From assembly GCA_035295465.1 (NCBI GenBank), contig DATGIZ010000042.1, positions 91,614 to 155,613 of the forward strand: a DNA stretch of 64,000 bases, read 5' to 3'. This document shows positions 9,470 to 19,291 of this stretch, in pieces. Every line of letters starts with the position of its first letter. Within the stretch, counting starts at the first letter, position 1. The notes below the pieces were generated by a model. It was given only the letters and a program-made list of their open reading frames with translations. It was not told where the DNA came from and did no database searches. The translations under genes were made by a program, and so were the position numbers. This DNA is from Candidatus Binatia bacterium (GTDB lineage Bacteria; Desulfobacterota; Binatia; DP-6).

Positions 9470-10772
9470 CGTCGGCGGTGAGGGAGGTGTGCGCCTGGGC
9501 GAGCGCGCGGCGCTCGTCCCCGGGGCGGTAGCCCGCGAGCGCGAGCACGCGGAGCTGAAACCAGTAGCGGCCCGCGGGCAGCCTCTGCACGTCGAGGCCG
9601 CGGTAGCCGACGAGCGGCACGGTGCCGGGCGAGCGCTCGGGCGGGGCCGCATGCTCGGCGTCGTCGCGGTAGAGGAGGCGGAGCGACACCACGCGCGTGA
9701 GCTCTTCGGACATGAGCGCCGCCACGAGCACGGCCTCGTCGCCGTGCGCGAGGAGGAACCAGTCGCCGCTGCCGTGGAACGCCTCCTCGGCAGGATCCAT
9801 GTGGCCGTCGATCGCGAAGCCCTCCGGCGGCACGCCCGGCGCGTGGTAGCGCCAGCCGCGGAGGTCACGGAAGTCGGCGCCCCCCCACGCGTTGATGTCG
9901 CGGAAGAGGATCGCGGGGGAGAACGGGAGCTTCATCGAGCCGGGGCCGAAGACGTGCTGCGCGTAGAAGTAGGTGTGCGCGAGGCCGGCGGTGAGGTAGA
10001 GCCCGGCGCCGAGGTAGACCCGGTGGCGCGAGCGGCGGACGACGCGCACCGGCCCCGCCTTCCACGCGATCAGCGCGTGCTGGCCTTGCGTCTCGTCGAG
10101 GGTCCAGTGGGCGAGATGGGCGAGCAGCGTCGCCTCCGCCCGCAGCCGCAGCCCGTCGAGCAGGTTGGGCCCGAGCGGGCCCGCGAGCGCGAGCGCGAAA
10201 TACGCGGGCAGCGCGCCCACGCAGCCGACACGGTAGCGCGCGGTGACGACCAGGTCGTGTGCCGCGTCGTAGGCGACGTAGCGGCGGTCGGTGGTCGGTG
10301 GATGCTCGGCCGCCACGAGGTAGGCGAAGCCCGCGTGGTGGTCGACGGGATCCTCGATGCGTATCTCCCGCCACGCGGAGAGGCCGTTGTCGCCGAGCGC
10401 CTGCGCGACGGCCTCCGCGCTCGCGTGCTCGCCCGCGTCGCAGGCCATGAAGACGAGCAGGTCGTCGTGGTCGAGGATGCCCGGGCTGTCGTCGATGGTC
10501 GGCTCCGGGCCGTCGGGCAGCGCCAGGTGCCGGCCGCGGCGCTCGTCGATCTGGAAGGGGATGGGCACCGCGGCACCGGCGCGGAATGCGATCAGCCCGA
10601 GCCGCGCGATCGGCGTGCCGCCGAGGTGGTCGAGCCGCTCGCCGGGAAGCTCGATCGCGTCGTAGGGCCGCGCGATCGGCCCGCACGGACCGATCGGCAC
10701 GGGGTCGGGCGCGGCGGTGGCGAGGCGGACGGCGAGCAGCGACGCCGCGACGGCGGCGGCGAGCAGGTGCAT
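9423..10772 (-). CDS. Secreted hypothetical protein (about 450 aa), translationally coupled to the upstream M16 peptidase.
   Basis: The signal peptide is MHLLAAAVAASLLAVRLATAAP. Its ATG at 10772 overlaps the peptidase stop (TGATG). GC3 is high and no family is recognised. Its 3' end overlaps the 3' end of the LeuD-like gene by 47 nt. Confidence 0.6.
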   Translation of the reverse strand: MHLLAAAVAASLLAVRLATAAPDPVPIGPCGPIARPYDAIELPGERLDHLGGTPIARLGLIAFRAGAAVPIPFQIDERRGRHLALPDGPEPTIDDSPGILDHDDLLVFMACDAGEHASAEAVAQALGDNGLSAWREIRIEDPVDHHAGFAYLVAAEHPPTTDRRYVAYDAAHDLVVTARYRVGCVGALPAYFALALAGPLGPNLLDGLRLRAEATLLAHLAHWTLDETQGQHALIAWKAGPVRVVRRSRHRVYLGAGLYLTAGLAHTYFYAQHVFGPGSMKLPFSPAILFRDINAWGGADFRDLRGWRYHAPGVPPEGFAIDGHMDPAEEAFHGSGDWFLLAHGDEAVLVAALMSEELTRVVSLRLLYRDDAEHAAPPERSPGTVPLVGYRGLDVQRLPAGRYWFQLRVLALAGYRPGDERRALAQAHTSLTADVTARSGPAGAPAARR

Positions 10773-11983
10773 CAGCCGGAGAGCACCGCGGTGAGGCTCG
10801 GCGCCACGAGTGCGGCCCGCCAGGCGGCCTCGACCTCGGCGCGGCCGATGTCCGCCACCACGCGGGCGGCGCGGGCGAGCGAGGGAAGCCCGCAGGCCGC
10901 GCGCGTGGCGTGGCTCGCGGCCCGGTCCTGCCGGGAGTCGGCGAGGCGCGTGAAGCGGTAGCGCACCTTCTTGCGCGCCCGCGCCAGCTCCTCGGAGCCG
11001 AAGCCGGCCGCGGCTTCCCGGCACACGCGGGCGACGGTCTCGCGCAGGCGACGCTCGTCGTCGCGTGCCGCGCTGGCGCTGAGCACGGCCACCGCCCAGT
11101 CGCGGCCCTGCTCGACCGTCGCCCCCAGGTCGTAGCCGAGGCCGAGGCGCTCGCGGACCTCCTGGAACAGGCGCGCGTCGGGATCGGCGCCGACGATCTC
11201 GAGCGCGAGCGAGAGGGCGAGGGCGGCCCGCGGCTCGCACGGCACCGTCATCAGCCGCACGAGGTAAGCCTGGGTGAGGTCGCGCCGGCGCAGCCGCAGC
11301 GCGCCCGTCCCGCCGCGCCGGGGGAGCGGGGGCGCGGCGCGGGCACGCGGGCCGCCGGTGGGGAAGGTGCGGCGCAGCGCGCGTCGCAGCCCGTCGCGCG
11401 AGATGCCTCCGCACGCCGCGAAGACCATGTTCGCGGGCACGAAGTGCCGGGCGAGGAACGCGCGCACGGCCGCGCACGTGATGCGCCGCACGCTCGTGAT
11501 CGTGCCGCAGACGGGATGCCCGAGCGGCTCACCGACGAAGCGCCGCCAGGCGTGCTCGTGCACGTAGTTGGCCGGATCCTCCTGGCGCCCGCGGATCTCG
11601 TCGACGACCACGCGCTGCTCCTTGGCGAGGCGGTCGGCCGGCACCGTGCTGTGGAAGAGCTGCTCGGCGAGCAGCCCGAGGGCGTCCTCGACGTCCTCGT
11701 TGAAGACCTCGAAGTGGATCGTGACGTCCTCGTAGCCCGTGTCGGCGTCGTGCTCGCCGCCGAGCTCGCCGGCGCGGCGGTTGAGGGTGGCCTGGTCGAG
11801 CCGGCGCGTGCCCTGGAAGAGCATGTGCTCGGTCAGGTGTGCGATCCCGGGGTGCGCGCCGTCGTAGCGGGAGCCGGCGCGCACCGCGACGGCGATCGCG
11901 GTGAGCGGACCCGGCATGGGATCGTGCAGCACGGTCAGGTCTCCGAGCCGCAGGCGGTGCGGCTCGCGAAGCGGGCTGGTCAC
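10772..11983 (-). CDS. M16 family (pitrilysin/insulinase-like) zinc peptidase.
   Basis: It has the inverted zinc-binding motif HxxEH in GIAHLTEHMLFQGT, the downstream EDV/E region, and a length typical of an M16B peptidase. It has no signal peptide. Confidence 0.85.
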   Translation of the reverse strand: MTSPLREPHRLRLGDLTVLHDPMPGPLTAIAVAVRAGSRYDGAHPGIAHLTEHMLFQGTRRLDQATLNRRAGELGGEHDADTGYEDVTIHFEVFNEDVEDALGLLAEQLFHSTVPADRLAKEQRVVVDEIRGRQEDPANYVHEHAWRRFVGEPLGHPVCGTITSVRRITCAAVRAFLARHFVPANMVFAACGGISRDGLRRALRRTFPTGGPRARAAPPLPRRGGTGALRLRRRDLTQAYLVRLMTVPCEPRAALALSLALEIVGADPDARLFQEVRERLGLGYDLGATVEQGRDWAVAVLSASAARDDERRLRETVARVCREAAAGFGSEELARARKKVRYRFTRLADSRQDRAASHATRAACGLPSLARAARVVADIGRAEVEAAWRAALVAPSLTAVLSG

Positions 11984-12037
11984 GCCTCTCTTCTAGCCTC
12001 GGTCGCCAGCGCGTGCGAGTGGTGCTAGGAGACGGCC

Positions 12038-12328
12038 ATGACGAGACGCGCGATCGCGGCGCTGAGCCTCGTGGCGACGCTGGCGGCGCCGGCCGCCGCC
12101 CGCACGGCGGCCGGACGGCACCGGGCCGCGGCGTGGCTGTCGGTCGCCCACCCCGGCCTCGGCGAGTACTACAACGCGGGCTGGGGCTTCTTCTTCGACC
12201 ACTGCCCGCAGAAGAAGTTCTGGCTCGGCTTCATCCCGCTCTACGGCTGGCCGGGGTACCTCCAGATCCTCTCGGCGATCGACGCCTACCACGGGCGCAC
12301 GTCGGACAACCTGCGGCCGGTCGACTGA
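12038..12328 (+). CDS. Small secreted or membrane protein (96 aa), aromatic-rich.
   Basis: It has an N-terminal signal/TM (MTRRAIAALSLVATLAAPAAA) and a second hydrophobic segment (FWLGFIPLYGWPGYLQILSAIDAY). GC3 is high. Confidence 0.55.
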   Translation: MTRRAIAALSLVATLAAPAAARTAAGRHRAAAWLSVAHPGLGEYYNAGWGFFFDHCPQKKFWLGFIPLYGWPGYLQILSAIDAYHGRTSDNLRPVD

Positions 12329-12346
12329 CGGGGACCGTCGCCGGCC

Positions 12347-13629
12347 TCAGAGCAACGCGTCGACGAGCAGCCCCGTGAAGCGTACCGACGCGAGCTGACT
12401 ACCGAACTGGGCGGCGAGCCGCTGCGGCGCGAACCCGGGCTGAAAAGGCGGCAGCGGCGCGTCCCCCGCGAGAGTGTTGCCAAGGCGGGTGGTCGCGAGC
12501 GCGTTGGCCTCGCTCGCGAGCCCGCTCACGTCGGCGAGCGCGGTCTCCACGCTGCCGAGCTGCTGGGAGACCGCCGTGCCGAGCGTCGCGCTGTCGATCG
12601 ACAGCGTGCCGTCGGAGGCGGCCGAGATGCCGACGTTGGCGAGCTCGGGGCCGAGCCGCACGACCAGCGAGGACAGCTCGGCACCAACCCCCGGAAACGC
12701 GTCGGCGTGCGCGGCGAAGAAGCTCTGTGCGCCGTTGAAGGCGTCGACGAAGCTCGCGATGGCCGCTGTGATTTGGCTCGTGTCCGGGCCGATCGTGGCC
12801 GTGACCGGCGACGTGGTCGGCGCGAGGAACGTGACGTGGAGCTGGCCCAAATCCCCGAGGAAGAGGTCGTTGCTGCTCGACGTGAGCGCGGTCCCGTTCT
12901 CGGTGAACGCCGCGTCGGCCGCCGCCGTGGTGGCGTTGGCGACCCCGGCGCTGGCGACCGCGGTGCCCGCGACGTCGCTCAGCGAGAATGCGCTCGCGGT
13001 CCCGGTGCTCGCGGCCGTGACCACGAGCTGGCTGGTCCCCGCGATCGGGTCGGTCTCGACCGCCGCGGTCACGCCGAGGCCGGGCGTGTCGTTGATCGCG
13101 GCGGCGAGGTTGGCGAGGACGGTGGCGTTCGTGTCGCTCGCACCGACGGCGAAGCTCACGTCGGTGGTGACGCCGTTCTGGGTCACGCCGATCGTGTCCG
13201 TGCCGGCGGCGAAGGTGCCCGTCCCCCCGCTCGCGAGCGCGGTGCCGACGTTCGCCTGAGCGACGGCGAGCTGGGAGACGGTGAACGTATACGTCGACTG
13301 CGGCGGCGCGGTCGATGCGGAAGAGCCCGGGATCGACTGCACCGCGATCGCCCCCGGGTTGCTGGAGGAGGCGGCGGCGGAGAAGAAGGCGGAGAGCGGG
13401 CTCGTGAGATCGAGCTGCTGCGCGGTGCTGGCGAGCCCGAGCAGGCTCGTGCGCGCGGTGCTCAGCAGGTCGACGAGCTGGCTGCCGGAGAGGCTCGCGC
13501 TCGAATCCGTGAGCGTGGACGGCAGGGCCAACGCGGCGAACGCGGCGGGCGAGAGCGCCGCACTCGCGCTCTGTCCCACGAGGTCGTTGATGAGGGTGTC
13601 CGCGAGTCCGAACCCGCTCACGCTCGCCA
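12347..13629 (-). CDS. Ala/Ser/Thr/Gly-rich low-complexity protein (about 427 aa); the termini weakly resemble a flagellar axial/cap (FliD-like) protein.
   Basis: The N-terminus is MASVSGFGLADTLINDLVGQ... The middle is long and AST-rich with no Cys, and the C-terminus is hydrophobic and heptad-like (...RLAAQFGSQLASVRFTGLLVDALL). GC3 is high. The start is taken as ATG 13629; the upstream part of the track ORF is Pro/Arg-rich and non-protein-like. Confidence 0.5.
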
Positions 13630-13641
13630 TGCGCGCCACGG

Positions 13642-13658
13642 GTTGCAACGCGTGTGCC
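13642..13658 (-). promoter_or_regulatory. Candidate sigma-54 (-24/-12) promoter, GGGCAC-N5-TTGCAA, immediately upstream of the AST-rich gene.
   Basis: The minus strand reads GGGCACACGCGTTGCAA with consensus GG-N10-GC spacing. It ends about 12 nt before the ATG at 13629. At this GC roughly one chance match is expected per window, so this is weak. Confidence 0.25.
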
Positions 13659-13960
13659 CGGCCGGATGCCGCCTCGTGGAGCACTGCACGAGCCCGCGCA
13701 GCCGCACGGGTGACGCCCCGCGCGCACGCGCCCCGCGTGTGCCGCGGCACGTCGCCCCGGTGCCGCGGCGACTGCGGCCGCGGATCGCGCGGCCCGACGC
13801 GGGGTTGGCGCGGGCCGCATGGCGAGTCGCGCGGCGGCGCCCACGCGCAGCCGCGCGGCGCCCGCCGCGTCGGAGGCCACGGTCCCGGATTGCGTCGCAG
13901 CGCCACGCCACGATCAGCCGGAGCGCACCGCAGGTGCCGTGGCGCCGCTCGGCCGCGCCG

Positions 13961-14974
13961 TCAGGGGACCGTGAGCACGACCTTGCCCACGTTGCGCCGT
14001 TCCTGGATGAAGCGATGCGCGCCCGCCGCCTCGGCGAGCGGGAACGTGCGCGCGACGACCGGCACGAGCCGGCCCGCCGCGCAGTCGCCGAGCAGCGCGA
14101 GCATCTCGCGTCGCAGCAGGTCGATGCGGTCCCACAGGTGCCCGAGGTTCACGCCGATCACGGCCTTGTTGTCGTTCATGAGCCGCACGGGATGGAACCA
14201 GGGGAGGCGCGCGAGCCGGGCGAGCGCGCGCACGCGGCTCGGCCGCATGCCGGTCACGCCCTGCGAGAACCCGAAGCAGACGAGCCGGCCGAGCGGCGCG
14301 AGGCATCGGTAGCTCTTGCGGAAGGCCCCGGTCGCGTCGAGCACGACGTCGACGCCCCGGCCACCGGTGATCCGCCGCACCTCGGTCTCGAAGTCACGGG
14401 TGCGATAGTCGATCGCGTGCGCCACGCCCGCCGCCCGCAGCGCCTCGTGCTTCCCGGCCGAGGCGGTCCCGATGACCTCCGCCCCGGCGATCCGGCAGAG
14501 CTGGATCGCCGCCATGCCCACGCCGCCGGCGGCGGCGTGGACGAGCACGCGATCGCCGGCGCGGACGTTGGCGAAGTGCCGCAGCATGAGCACGGCGGTG
14601 AGGTAGTTGACGGGCACGGCGGCGCCCGCGACGACGTCGAGCGCGTCGGGCAGCGGGAAGACCTGCGCCGCGGGCACGGCCACCGCCTCGGCGTAGCCGC
14701 CGAAGCGGGTGAGGGCGACGACGCGCGCACCCGGCACGACGCCGGTGACGCCGGCGCCCACCTCGCCGACCGTGCCCGCGACCTCGTAGCCGACCACGCA
14801 GGGGTAGGGCGGCGCGTCGGGGTAGACGCCGAGGCGGGCGGCGACGTCGGCGAAGTTCACGCCCGTCGCGGCAACCTGTACCACGACCTCGCCCGCGCGC
14901 GGCACGGGATCGGGTTGCTCGCGGACCTCGAGCACCTCGGGCGGGCCGGGACGCGGGATCCAGACCGCGCGCAT
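13961..14974 (-). CDS. Quinone oxidoreductase / zinc-independent MDR-superfamily NAD(P)H oxidoreductase.
   Basis: It has the medium-chain dehydrogenase pattern: ...GEVVVQVAATGVNFADV...GYEVAGTVGEVGAGV... and the Rossmann motif AAAGGVGMAAIQL. Confidence 0.85.
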   Translation of the reverse strand: MRAVWIPRPGPPEVLEVREQPDPVPRAGEVVVQVAATGVNFADVAARLGVYPDAPPYPCVVGYEVAGTVGEVGAGVTGVVPGARVVALTRFGGYAEAVAVPAAQVFPLPDALDVVAGAAVPVNYLTAVLMLRHFANVRAGDRVLVHAAAGGVGMAAIQLCRIAGAEVIGTASAGKHEALRAAGVAHAIDYRTRDFETEVRRITGGRGVDVVLDATGAFRKSYRCLAPLGRLVCFGFSQGVTGMRPSRVRALARLARLPWFHPVRLMNDNKAVIGVNLGHLWDRIDLLRREMLALLGDCAAGRLVPVVARTFPLAEAAGAHRFIQERRNVGKVVLTVP

Positions 14975-14977
14975 TCC

Positions 14978-15385
14978 TCAGGACCCGAGCGCCGCGCGCA
15001 CGAGCTCCGTGTCGAGGTACTCCGTGATCTCGGCGACGGCGCCGCCGCGGAAGCGGAACACGAAGCAGTACGTGTTGTCGTAGCGGCGGCCGGCCTTGGT
15101 TCGCGCGAAGCCCCGGCCCTGCATCGCGACCAGGTCGCCGTCGCCGAAGAGCGTATCGACGGCGAACCGCAGCGGGCCGTCGAGGGCGGCCATGAGCGGC
15201 CCGAGAAGCCGGCCGAGGATCTGGTCGCGGCCGACGAACGTGCCCGAGAGCGGCAGCGCGCCGATCACCGTGTAGCGCACGTCGTCGGTGAAGCTGCCGA
15301 GAAAGAGGGCGCCGTCGATGTCGCGCGCCGCCTCGCCGGGGACGCCGAAGATACGGGCGATCAGCGCCGTGTTGGGGCTCGCCAT
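14978..15385 (-). CDS. NTF2-like / SnoaL-like small protein (135 aa).
   Basis: Size and pattern fit (…VRYTVIGALPLSGTFVGRDQILGRLLGPL…YCFVFRFRGGAVAEITEYLDT). It lies 4 nt upstream of the oxidoreductase in the same orientation. Confidence 0.55.
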   Translation of the reverse strand: MASPNTALIARIFGVPGEAARDIDGALFLGSFTDDVRYTVIGALPLSGTFVGRDQILGRLLGPLMAALDGPLRFAVDTLFGDGDLVAMQGRGFARTKAGRRYDNTYCFVFRFRGGAVAEITEYLDTELVRAALGS

Positions 15386-15476
15386 GCCCGCCCCTGTCGC
15401 CCGGATGCGGCAGGCCAGTCAAGGGCGGGCGGATCCGCCCTTGCGCCGCCGCGCGGTTCTTGGTTGGCTGCCCGGT

Positions 15477-17118
15477 CATGAACCTCGCCCTTCTCCACGA
15501 GGCCATGGCCGCGGCCTATCCCGAGCGCGAGTGCGTGGTCACGCCGCACCGCCGCCTCACCTACGGGGAGATGAGCACGCGCGCGCGCCGGCTCGCCAAC
15601 CTGCTGCTGGCCCACGGCCTCGGCTGCCGTCGCGAGCGCGCCGCGCTCGCCAACCACGAATCGGGGCAGGACCACGTGGGCCTCTACATGCTCAACTGCC
15701 CCGAGTTCCTCGAGGGCATGCTCGGCTGCTATCGCGCGCGGGTCGCCCCCTTCAACGTCAACTACCGCTACGTCGAGGACGAGCTGCGCTACCTCCTCGC
15801 CGACGCCGACGCCGTCGGCCTCGTCTATCATGCGCGCTACGCGCCGGTGCTCGCCCGCATCCGCCCCGAGCTGCCGAAGCTCCGGCTGCTCCTCCAGGTG
15901 CGTGACGAGTCGGGCGAGGCGCTGCTCCCGGGGGCGCTCGACTACGAGGCCGCGCTGGCGGCGGCCCCGGCGACCCCGCCGCCGGTGGCGCCGTCCGCGG
16001 ACGACCTCTACCTGCTCTACACGGGCGGCACGACCGGGGCGCCGAAGGGCGTGCTCTGGCGGCAGGAGAACATCCTCTTCGGCGCCATGAGCGGTCGCCC
16101 ACCGGGCACCCCGTGCCCGGGGACGCTCGAGGAGTTCGTCGCCGAGGCTGAGAGCGCCGCAGTGCGCATGATGCCGACGCCGCCGCTCATGCACGGCGCC
16201 GCGCAGTGGATGGCGTTCTCGGCCTTCCACCAGGGCGGCACCGTGGTGATGCAGGGCCGCCCGGAGCGGCTCGACCCCGACGACGTCTGGGGCACGGTCG
16301 AGCGCGAGGGGGTGAACTTCCTCATCCTGGTGGGCGACGCCTTCGCGCGCCCGCTGCTCGAGGGGCTCGACCGCCGGCGCTACGACCTCTCGCGGCTCTT
16401 CGTGATCGGCTCGGGCGGGGCCATCCTCTCGCCGCACCTGAAGGAGGCGCTGCTCGAGCGCCTCCCGCACGCGATGGTGATCGACGGCTTCGGCGCCTCC
16501 GAGACCGGGGCGCACGGCTCGCTCGCCATGCGCCGCGGCGACGCGGCGCCCAAGGTCGGCGCGTTTGCGATGTCGAACACGGTCGTGCTGCGCGACGATC
16601 TCTCGGGCGTGCTCCCGCGCGAGTCGGGGATGACCGGATGGCTCGCCCGCACGGGGCACGTGCCGCTCGGCTACTACAAGGACCCGGCGAAGACCGCGCG
16701 CACCTTCCCGGTGATCGAGGGCGTACGCTACGCCGTCCCCGGCGATCACGCGCGCTGGACACCCGAGGGCGGCATCGAGGTCCTCGGCCGGGGCTCGGTG
16801 TGCATCAACACGGGCGGCGAGAAGGTCTACCCGGAGGAGGTCGAGCAGGTGCTGCGCCGCCATCCGGCGGTTTACGACGCGGTCGTGGTGGGAACGCCCG
16901 ACCCGCGCTTCGGCGAGCAGGTGACGGCGGTGGTGCAGGCGCGGCCGGGCGCGCGAGTCGAGCACGCAAGCCTGGCGGAATTCGCCGCCCAGCACCTCGC
17001 GCGCTACAAGCTTCCCAAGACGACCGTGCTCGTCGACGAGATGGTGCGCAGCCCGAGCGGCAAGCCCGACTACCGCTGGGCGAAGACGCGTGCGCTGGCG
17101 GCGCGGGGGCTCGCTTAG
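15477..17118 (+). CDS. Acyl-CoA synthetase (AMP-dependent synthetase/ligase, FadD-like).
   Basis: It has the AMP-binding motif LLYTGGTTGAPKGV, a GWL..TGD-type region and a C-terminal ...PSGKPDYRW. The ATG is at 15477. Confidence 0.85.
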
Positions 17119-17429
17119 AGCCTATCCCGCAAGGGGTGAAGGCGCTGGATCCGTAGCAAGAAACTTCGTAACGGATTAGCGCACCGCCGTTCCCCGACGC
17201 ATAGCGCGCCCCCCTCCATGGTACGGGAGGGCGCGTCGGATCGCGCTGTCCTGCGGGATAACGAGGACGGAACCCTGAGCACGGACTGTACCAGCGGCGC
17301 CGCGTCGTACGCGCTGCGTTCGCCTGTGCCATCTGTGCCGCGTCGGCTCACGCGGGGCATGTTTCAGGGACGCAGCGAGCGATCAGCGCCCGGCACTCAA
17401 GACAGGCAACCGCGCCGCTACGGGGTCCC

Positions 17430-17813
17430 TCAATGGGAGCACGACGCCCAGGCTTGCTCGTGGAACGTGTTCAGCAACGCGAAGGGAATCTCCAGCGGGA
17501 GGAACACGACGTTCATAGTCATCTCCGCTGGGGTCGTGTCACGCGGTGTGTAGCCCTCGGCTCGCATGCACGCGCACAGGAGACTGAGGTCCGTCCCGAC
17601 GCCAGCGTTCATCGTACCCGAGGCCATGCCGCCACCCGCCGCGAACCCTCCGACCGCGTACGGATGCTGCGCTTGTTGGAGGCAACGGTAGTAGGTGGGA
17701 CCAATCGCGAAATCTTGTGGACGATAATCGCCGACTCGGACGGTGCTCGGGCCCAGGCAACCTGGGAGGGCGACCAAGAGCCCCAGCGAGAGCACGGAGC
17801 ATACGGAGCGCAT
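17430..17813 (-). CDS. Lipoprotein with a glycine-zipper motif (127 aa), inside a lower-GC islet.
   Basis: The signal and lipobox are MRSVCSVLSLGLLVALPGC. The Gly-zipper is GGFAAGGGMASGTMNAGVG. A GGAGG ribosome-binding site sits 8 nt before the ATG at 17813. Local GC is about 60%. Confidence 0.6.
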   Translation of the reverse strand: MRSVCSVLSLGLLVALPGCLGPSTVRVGDYRPQDFAIGPTYYRCLQQAQHPYAVGGFAAGGGMASGTMNAGVGTDLSLLCACMRAEGYTPRDTTPAEMTMNVVFLPLEIPFALLNTFHEQAWASCSH

Positions 17814-18212
17814 AGGGGGACCTCCTTTAGGCCCCTCACGCACAGAAGTGTATCCTGTTTTGGGATATCATACCAGCAACCCATAGCGTCCGGCGCCGAC
17901 TGCCATGTCGGCGCACTCGACGGCCTACCGCCGCTTCCTCGGGCGCCTCCGGCGCTCGACGCCGGCACGGTCGTCGGCCGCCACCGTGATGCGCGCGTGG
18001 AGGTCGAAGCCCTCGAGGTGCGCCTGGCACGGGCCGCGGGAGGTGACCCACGGGGCGTCGGGCTCGCGGCCGAGCTGGAAGACGCGGGCACCGGCGCGTG
18101 CGCCGAGCGCTTCCGGCTTCACGGCCCGGCCCACCGCAACGCGGGCCTGAAACGCCGCGTTCCGGCGAGGAAGATGGCTCACCCCTCACCATCAGGTGAC
18201 GCCTTTAGGAGA

Positions 18213-19124
18213 TTAGGCGTCGAAGAGCGCGAGGGCGGGGTCGTTGCGCAACCCGCCGTACAGCTCGGCCCAGTGCTCCTTGGCGAGGAAACCGGGCGCG
18301 AACGCGTGGACCTCTTCCAGGGCCTCGGCGTGCGCGGCCCCCGTCTCGGGATCGGTGGCGCTCACGAGGCGGTCGGCCATCCCGATCACGTTGGAGAGGT
18401 CGAGGCCGAACTCCGCGGCGAGGGCCTCGTGGTGGTGGGCGACGGGGTCGACGAGCGTGGGGGGGAGCCGCCAGAGCTGGAGGAGCCAGCCGCCGACCGT
18501 CGCGTGGTGGCAGCCGAAGGCCTCGAGCTCGACCGCGGCGGTGGTCGCCTGGCGCTCGGCGGCCTCGTCGAGCATCGACCAGTAGCTCTCGCCGAGGCGC
18601 AGCCCGAGCACCAGCTTGCCGACGTCGTGCAGCACGCCCGCCGTGAACGCTTGCCCGCCGTCGAGGCCGGCCAAGTCGGCGAGCGTCTTGGCGGCCCCGG
18701 CGACCGTCGCGGCGTGGCGCCACAGGATCTTGCGGTAGCGCCGGCCCGAGGTGCTCTTGCGGTCGAGCGCGCCCCACACGGAGAGGCCGAGAACGATGTC
18801 GCGCACCCGTGCGAAGCCGAGGAGCGTCACCGCCTGCTGAATGCTCTCGACGCGCGCCCGGGTGGCGAAGAAGGAGCTGTTGGCAAGCCGCAGCAGGCGG
18901 GCGGCGAGCGATTGGTCGCGGCCGATCAGCGCGGCGAGGTCCCGCGTGCTCGCCGTCTCGCGGTTGATCGTCACCAGCATCTTCTGGGCGACCTCGGGCG
19001 ACGACGGTAGCTCGTCCACCGCCATCAGCTCGCGATAGAAGCGCTCGAGCGCGGGCGAGCTGGGCGCGGAGTCCCACGCGGGGCGCTGGCTCGCCACGCG
19101 CAAGGCGAGGGCGGGATCGGCCAT
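18213..19124 (-). CDS. HDOD (HD-related output domain) signalling protein.
   Basis: HDOD pattern: LPSSPEVAQKMLVTINRETASTRDLAALIGRDQSLAARLLRLANSSFF...VLHDVGKLVL... Confidence 0.75.
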   Translation of the reverse strand: MADPALALRVASQRPAWDSAPSSPALERFYRELMAVDELPSSPEVAQKMLVTINRETASTRDLAALIGRDQSLAARLLRLANSSFFATRARVESIQQAVTLLGFARVRDIVLGLSVWGALDRKSTSGRRYRKILWRHAATVAGAAKTLADLAGLDGGQAFTAGVLHDVGKLVLGLRLGESYWSMLDEAAERQATTAAVELEAFGCHHATVGGWLLQLWRLPPTLVDPVAHHHEALAAEFGLDLSNVIGMADRLVSATDPETGAAHAEALEEVHAFAPGFLAKEHWAELYGGLRNDPALALFDA

Positions 19125-19291
19125 CCGGGCCCATGCACAGCAAGCGTCATGCCGCCGGGGCCGCGCGCCGCGCGGCCGGATACATCCGCGGCGCGCGTCG
19201 AAAAAGTGCCGCGACGCGGCGAAGCGCCGCGCCCGGGTGACGCGCGCCGGGCTGGCACCATGTCCCTTGCCTTCGCTAGAGTCGCGGTCCC

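Noticed and set aside
17458-17478. A GAACGTGTTC palindrome resembling a Cheo-type LexA box.
   Set aside because: It lies inside the lipoprotein coding sequence, has the wrong spacer (N2 instead of N4), and lies in no promoter context.
19253-19270. TGGCAC...TTGC upstream of the first ACAD, considered as a sigma-54 promoter.
   Set aside because: The spacing between GG and GC is 3 nt too long for the -24/-12 consensus.
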